A stretch of DNA of 64,000 bases from the human T2T-CHM13v2.0 reference genome, Homo sapiens, in the NCBI RefSeq assembly GCF_009914755.1, contig NC_060939.1; one strand, given 5' to 3'. Position 1 is the first letter of the stretch; every line of letters begins with the position of its first letter. Positions 54,586-64,000 of this stretch are shown piece after piece. Both the position numbers and the translations under genes were made by a program. A model generated the notes under the pieces. The model was given only the letters and a program-made list of their open reading frames with translations. It had not been told where the DNA came from and did no database searches.

Positions 54586-54977
54586 CTACGTTTCAAGATA
54601 AAAAATAATAAAATAAAATAAAAATTAGCCAGGCATAGTGGCACACGCCTGTTGTCCTAGCTGCTTGGGAGGCTGAGGTGGAGGGTAGCTTCAGCCTGGA
54701 GTTTAAGGCTGCAGTGAGCCATTATCCATTATCATGCCACTGCACTCCAGCCTGGGAGACAGAGTGAGACTCTCTTTTTTTTTTTTTTTTTTTTTAAAGA
54801 AGGAGCTATTTCAGCTCACGATCTAAAATTATATAGATGAAGACAACACTGAAGAAGAAAAATGGCATGATGATTAGGATACATCTAGAGGCAAGGAAAC
54901 ACAACAAAACAGGAAAACTATTAAAGGGAAAGGAAGAAGAGAATAATCATGAACAAAGAAAATTGAAAATATATTAA

Positions 54978-55304
<327 letters not shown>

Positions 55305-55696
55305 TGATCTGCCCGCCTCAGCTTCCCAAAATGTTGGGATTACAGGCATGAGCCAGGGCACCCAGCCTCATTTAGTTAATGTAAGTGGGATCAGAAACAA
55401 TAGAGTTGTAGTAAAAAGTGCCCCACTATGCATCCTAGAGAGAATGTGAGATGATCTTTGAGGTATTTCCACAGGTCACTGACCCCTTCATTATATGGAT
55501 AAGAAAATGAGGCACACAAGGGTATACTGACTCTCTCAAAGTCCCAGTCTAATAAGAAATAAATCCAGGACTACAAGCAACATTTTCTGAATTGCATAGG
55601 AACAATTCATTAAAAAGAATACTGCCACAAAACATGGGACAATCTTTGAACCCAAAACCATCCAATACTGAGGTTAAATAATATAAAGTCACTTAC

Positions 55697-55758
55697 AATC
55701 ATCAAGGGATAGTCTTCAAGTGTGAGGTATTCATAGGGACCCTTCACTTCAACAGTCA
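55697..55758 (-). CDS. TMEM87A: TMEM87A exon (MTVEVKGPYEYLTLEDYPLMI)
   Basis: 62 nt; CAG acceptor; GTAAGT donor; in phase. Confidence 0.95.
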
Positions 55759-57314
55759 CTGCCAAAACAGAGTCCTCAGAATTAATTTACAGGATGCAGA
55801 AATTAAACAAAAATATTGCCTAATATTTGTTTAATGAACTTAGTAAGAATTTCATTGGGTCATTTACTTTTAGGCACTTCAATCCTGGTCAATATTACAT
55901 TATATTTGTACAGCACTTGGAAAGTCATTAAGTGTCCTCATAGTTCATGCTGTGTCCTGCACAGGTTTCCATGCCTCCACCATAGTCTGAAGTGGGAAGG
56001 CTCTTTTGTTTCCATACTCACATCTTAAAAAAGACTAGATTGAATATTTCCTCCACACAGCCTTCTCTGGCTGCCCATCTGGAACAACTCTACACATACT
56101 CTAAATTCTAAACATACTTCATATATACTTTTCCTTACAACACATCAGTAAAATATGCCTTACAGGACTTCCTTTTTACATATTGCCATCTTCTTTGTTT
56201 TCTATCTTTCCTCACCTGTATTTTCCTATTGCTTTACTATTTTTTCATGGACTCCAATTTTCTTTTATTGCTACATTCATGTATCATTTTCGGAATGAAG
56301 GCATTGGAAAAAAACTCAAAAATTTAAATTAACTCACACAAAAAAATATACCATCCCTCATACAAGATTGAAATCTAGCTTCACAATCAGGTACCCTAGA
56401 TGCTCACTCCAAAATAAAAATAACTCAAAAGTTCAGATGCTTCAAGGCAAAGCTCCATCCAATAAACATAGAATTGAACTTCCCCAAAACCTGCTAGTTA
56501 ACATTTTTCAAAGAATTTGTTAATAACAAAGTGTTTAATGAGACAGATAAAGTAACAGTAATAACATATATCTGAAAGACATATTTGCCTTAGTAAAGCA
56601 AACATTGACTAATTTTAAGATTATCTGTAATTTTAAAAACTATTTCAAGATGGACTATTTTATTATTGTATTGATAAAATAATTTGGATAAATTCTAGGC
56701 ATAATTAATAAATAAAAATCTGACTTGAGTGGTGATCATCCCTAGAGACAGACTAATAACTGTTCATTCAACAATTCCCTACTAGCTTCTGATATACCAT
56801 TATTTAAAGTAAACTACATCCAATACTTACATGAAAAAAAGAGCATTCCATAAGAGCAATTATAAAAATTTCAGAGCAGAACTATTATTAAATCTATACC
56901 TTCCTAATTCAATAAAAGAGTAAACAAAATAATTAGTAAATACTTGGATCATATTCTTTGCTTACTCTATGCCTTGGTCAGCAAAATATAGCACATGGGC
57001 CAAATCTGGCCACCAGCTTTTTCTGTTAATAAAGTTTTATTGGAACACAGCCACATCCACTCATTTACATATTGTCTACAGCTGCCTCTGCACCACCTCG
57101 CAGAGTTGGGTAGTTATAATAGAGAAAAAATTTACTACCTGACTCTTTAAGAAAAAAATTTGCTAGCCCCTGCTCTATGCTAAAATATACATTTACTAAG
57201 CACTTATTATTTGACAGGCCTATGGAAAACACAGCAGACAGAAACATGAGTAAGATGTTTTCTGCCATCAAATGGGTAACCACCTTGCAGGGGAGAGGGA
57301 GTTGACAAGCTACA

Positions 57315-57392
57315 TAGAGAACTATCCCTCTCAGCCAGACTAGAAGGATAAGTAGAGAACTATCCCTCTCAGCCAGACTAGAAGGATAAGTA
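57315..57392. repeat. Perfect 38-bp tandem duplication
   Basis: TAGAGAACTATCCCTCTCAGCCAGACTAGAAGGATAAG x2. Confidence 0.92.
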
Positions 57393-58590
57393 TGTATTTT
57401 CCAGAACAAAGTAAAAAGCCTTCTAGGTAGAGGAAATAACATGAACAAAACAGCTGTGAAAATGTGTGGTATATTTAAAGAACAAATATAGTCTGAGACT
57501 GCATATAATACCATATAGTAGTGGTGTTTTGACATAAGGCAGCAAAAGGTAAACTGGGACCAGTTGTAAAGAGTTTTATAAACCTTGCTGCAAAATGTAG
57601 ACATTTTATAGGCAATGGGGAGCCATCCATTAAAGGTTTCGATGAAGGGAAGAAAAATGATAAAACTGTATTAGTGATGATGTATCTTCTCCATTCCAAA
57701 AAAAGACAGGTATTTTTAAAATGAAAAAACAAGGCCAGGTGCGGGGGCTCACACCTGTAATCCCAGCACATTGCGAGGCCAAGGCGGGCAGATTACTTGA
57801 AGTCAGGAGTTCAAGACCAGCCTGGCCAACATGGTGAAACTAAAAATACAATCTACTAAATAAAAATCTAGTAGATTTAATAATTTAGCAGATAAATAAT
57901 AATTTAGTAGGTTGTAAAAACACAATCTACTAAAAATACAAAAATTAGCTAGGTGTGATGGTGCAGGCCAGTAATCCCAGCTACTTGGGAGGCTGAGGCA
58001 GCAGAATCACTTGAACCCAGGAGTCAGAGGTTGCAATGAGTCAAGATCACACCACTGCACTCCAGCCTGGGTGACAGAGTGAGACTCTATCTCAAAAAAA
58101 AAAAGAAAAAAAAAAAGAAAAAGAAAAAAACAAAAAAGGATATAAGCTCAAAAACAAGACAGACATTTCCAAGAATCAAAACAGAAACTCAAAACAGTGC
58201 ACGAGGCCGACTCCATGATCATGTTGGGCTCTTGGGCCAAAAGCAGGCTATGGTAGTTGGAAGTGCTGTCCCTATGGGATCTATGGTAGTTGGAAGTACA
58301 CTACCAATGTACTACGGTAGTACATGGGATCATTGAAGCTAGTAGGTTTCAAAGAAAAAGAAGAGGGACCAGAGCCAGGCTGGATGCATGAAGAAGCTGA
58401 AGTAGGGTGGAATAAAGCTTCTCTTCCAGCCTTTTCAAAGAAAGAAGGTTGAAAATGAACACTGGTAACTGTGCCTTGAGACTATAATCCATTAGAAAGT
58501 CATGGGCCTAAAAAGACAGGAGGATACACATGTATGAGTGAGGGGGAGAGGGGACAGGGAGAGAGGGAGAGGGAGGGAGGGAGGAGAGGA

Positions 58591-58625
<35 letters not shown>

Positions 58626-59075
58626 ATATGCGTGTGTGTGTCAAAACCAAGTAGTGGTATCCCAGAAGTTCAACAATGATTTAATGTTAGAAGATCAGTT
58701 AATTTAATGTATGACATTAACTTATTAAATGAGAAAGCCCATATGATCATTTAAATCAGTACAATTAAACTATTTGATAAAGCTAAGTATTCATTCTTAA
58801 CATTTTTTTTAAAAAAGGAAACTATTCTCATTAAACTAGGAATAGAAAGGAACATCTTTAACCAAATGAAGAATATTTCAAAAGTTCTACAGTAAACACA
58901 GTACTTAATGGTGAAATATACCAATACAGCCAGTAAAGTCAGGAGCGAAGTAACGGTGGCTGCCATCATTGTTTCTATTCCATATTCTGCTTAAGAAAGC
59001 AGGGTAGGAAAGGGCCAGGCACGGCGGCTCACCCCTGTAATCCCAGCACTTTGGGAGGCCAAGGCAGGCGGATCA

Positions 59076-59459
<384 letters not shown>

Positions 59460-59508
59460 CTAGGCAGCAACCTTGGAAAGGAGAACACTTAAATTCTTGA
59501 GACATTAA

Positions 59509-59772
<264 letters not shown>

Positions 59773-60065
59773 TGATCTGCCTGCCACGGCCTCCCAAAGT
59801 GCTAGGATTACAGGCATGAGCCACCGCGCCCGGCCAATGTTAATTAATTTAAAATTTCCTTATCTCTGGCTTGGTGACCAAGTTTTGACAATTCTAGTTC
59901 AGAATACTGAAAACATGTTACTAACTAAAAATTTTAACAGCAGGAGTGTCAAATGAAGGAAATAGAAATCTGATACCTGTAATACCTAATAAAAAAGCAT
60001 ATGTAAAGTACATGAATGACATAACCAGATAATAACATAACCATTAAAAAAAAAACTGAACTTAC

Positions 60066-60183
60066 TGGTAAAAAGATTACTCAGTGAATTTTCTTTTGAT
60101 GATTCCTTTGAGGATGAAATGCCAATATGTACAATAAAAATGTATGGTGCATCTTGCCAAGTTTGCAATGGTTCATGCATTGC
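60066..60183 (-). CDS. TMEM87A: TMEM87A exon (AMHEPLQTWQDAPYIFIVHIG...SNLFT)
   Basis: 118 nt; TAG acceptor; GTAAGT donor; ORF 59986..60180. Confidence 0.95.
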
Positions 60184-60695
60184 CTAGAAAGGGAAAAGGG
60201 CATCACATCTATAAATCTTAAGAATTAAGAGCACAAATTAATAATACAATATGCAAATTTTGCTCCAGAATGTGCCCAGAAATATGGTAAAGTCCTTCTC
60301 TTTCATTCATTGAAACATTAGGCACAACAAACCAAACAAGCCTAGTGCATAAAGTAGGCTAGATTATGAATTACTGAAAGGCAAGATACCATGTCTTGTA
60401 CACAAAAATCACATTTAACATATTTTTTTAATGAGGAAACCCCCAACTAAAATCACTAATTTAATCTCTGTTTAACTAAGCCATACTAGGATACTAGTTT
60501 GTGTTTTATGCAGACATTACAAAGGAATTTAAATGATTATTTAAATCACCTTAAACAAAACTTAATGATGGTATCAGTAAAATGAATTCTAATCACCAAT
60601 TCCTAAATCTAATCCCTTTGTTCAACATGCTTCCCAAGAATATCAGAATTTCTGCTGACATGGTCTCACATTTATATCAAAAATTTAACCTTGAG

Positions 60696-60809
60696 CTAGT
60701 CTATGTGGTAAGCAAGAGTCACTACCCCTCAAAGTCAAGGAAGACAAATTAACAGTCTCCAAGTCCTTGACTTTGAGGGGTAGTGACTCTTGCTTTTCAC
60801 ATAGACTAG
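60696..60809. repeat. Inverted repeat, 46-bp arms (44/46 match), 22-nt spacer
   Basis: 60696-60741 versus reverse complement of 60764-60809. Confidence 0.93.
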
Positions 60810-61526
60810 AGTCTTCACAAACAGAAGACTAAGACACAATGATAAAGAGGAACACAGAAAATAACTGGTTTCTTCTTCCTTGGAATTGCAATTTACTACC
60901 ATCTGTTCTTAAAAGGAGAAACGTTTATCCAGAGATCTCTGGGTAAGCTTCTAGGTTCTGTGAACCCCCCAAAATGAATAGCTGATTTTTTATGTTTATG
61001 CATTTTCCTGTGGAGCCATAGTTCTCCTCAAATGGTTAAAATATCCTACAACCAAGAAAAGGCTTAGTTCAAAAATTATATTCCATGATAAAAATCCATG
61101 TCAAACAAAGCAGACTAAACAATTCTCCAGATATCCATTTACTAGGTTATCTTAGTAAAATTTAAGAATATAAATGTCTTCCTAATCATACATTGATTTA
61201 TCTCCACCTAATAGTCTCTGACGAGACTCACAACCAATTTGTGAGAAAACTTTGCAGCTTCAAAGTTATGGGTAATACATGTCTGCTTAGCCATAATTAC
61301 AGAACCTTTCCTGAACTTACTTACTCATCAACCTATAAAATGCTGGTGTAATAACCTGCTCTATTAATCATATATGTCTTAAAACCACCTCTTACAAATT
61401 CTAAAATAAATTGATCAATTCTCATATTCCAGGATTTGAGAAAGTTTATACTTAACTCTGGAATGCAGAGATTCTGACCCTGTAAAAATAACATTTATAT
61501 GCCAGATAACTCTGTTAAGCATATGA

Positions 61527-61688
<162 letters not shown>

Positions 61689-62319
61689 TGACACCACACC
61701 CAGCTAATTTTTTTTTTTTGTATTTTTGGTAGAGACGGGGTTTCGCCATGTTGGCCAGCCTGGTCTCGAACTCCTGACCTCAGGTGATCCACCCACCTTG
61801 GCCTCCCTAAGTGCTAGGATTAAGGTGTGAGCTACCACGCCCCGGCCCATTTACTACATTTTTACATCCTCACAGCAGCCCTATCAGATAGGTATTAACT
61901 CCTTTGTAAACTAAGGTAAATTTTACACAACATAAAATTCACAATTTTAATGCGTATAAATCAATGGTATGTGGTACAAGCACAATGATGTGCAAATATC
62001 ACCTCTATCTAGTTCCAAAACATTTTCATCAACCGAAATGGAGACCCTGTACTCATTAAGCAGTAGCTCCCCATTTCTTCCTCTGTCACCACTTGCAACT
62101 ACTTATTTACTTCTTGTCTCCATGGAGTCATCTATTACGGACATTTCATATAAATGGGTCTAGCTTCTCTCACTTAACATAATGTTTTCAGGGTTCATCT
62201 ATATTGCTGTATGTATCAGTGCTTCATTTATTTTTTTCTTTTTGAGTTGAAGGAATTGGCAAATATTTTATTGATCATGGTTAACTATTTTCTAAGTACT
62301 GAGACCCAAGTTTTGTTGT

Positions 62320-64000
<1,681 letters not shown>

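Noticed and set aside
57065-57604. 179-aa hydrophobic minus-strand ORF
   Set aside because: Spans L2-like and MER58 fossils and the 38-bp duplication; no homology recognised; not needed for the TMEM87A frame.

Overview
Human genomic DNA (Alu/L1-rich; recognised from the encoded proteins as the VPS39-TMEM87A locus, 15q15). Two tandem minus-strand genes: the 3' part of TMEM87A (14 coding exon positions from 60183 to the TAA at 27738, plus 3' UTR) and, about 2 kb downstream, the CpG-island promoter and first 9 coding exons of VPS39 (ATG 24182 to exon 541-724, continuing off the left edge). MIR627 lies in VPS39 intron 2. I checked all exon boundaries for splice dinucleotides and phase continuity; protein and repeat names are from recall, not from a search. 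The most notable signal is a pair of duplicated TMEM87A exons (47876-47947 and 47224-47292). Each has a U2-type AG acceptor and a U12-type ATATCCTT donor, and both feed one U12 AT-AC acceptor, so the splice-site chemistry should force use of exactly one of two versions of a transmembrane helix. Other findings: a 46-bp-arm hairpin in a TMEM87A intron that I cannot assign, an 87-bp templated insertion copied from 35.7 kb away into an Alu, a 100-bp dispersed duplication bracketing VPS39 exon 2 and MIR627, a strong-context uORF in the VPS39 leader, the 33-nt VPS39 cassette microexon and several template-switch scars. There are no prokaryotic-type systems (CRISPR etc.).
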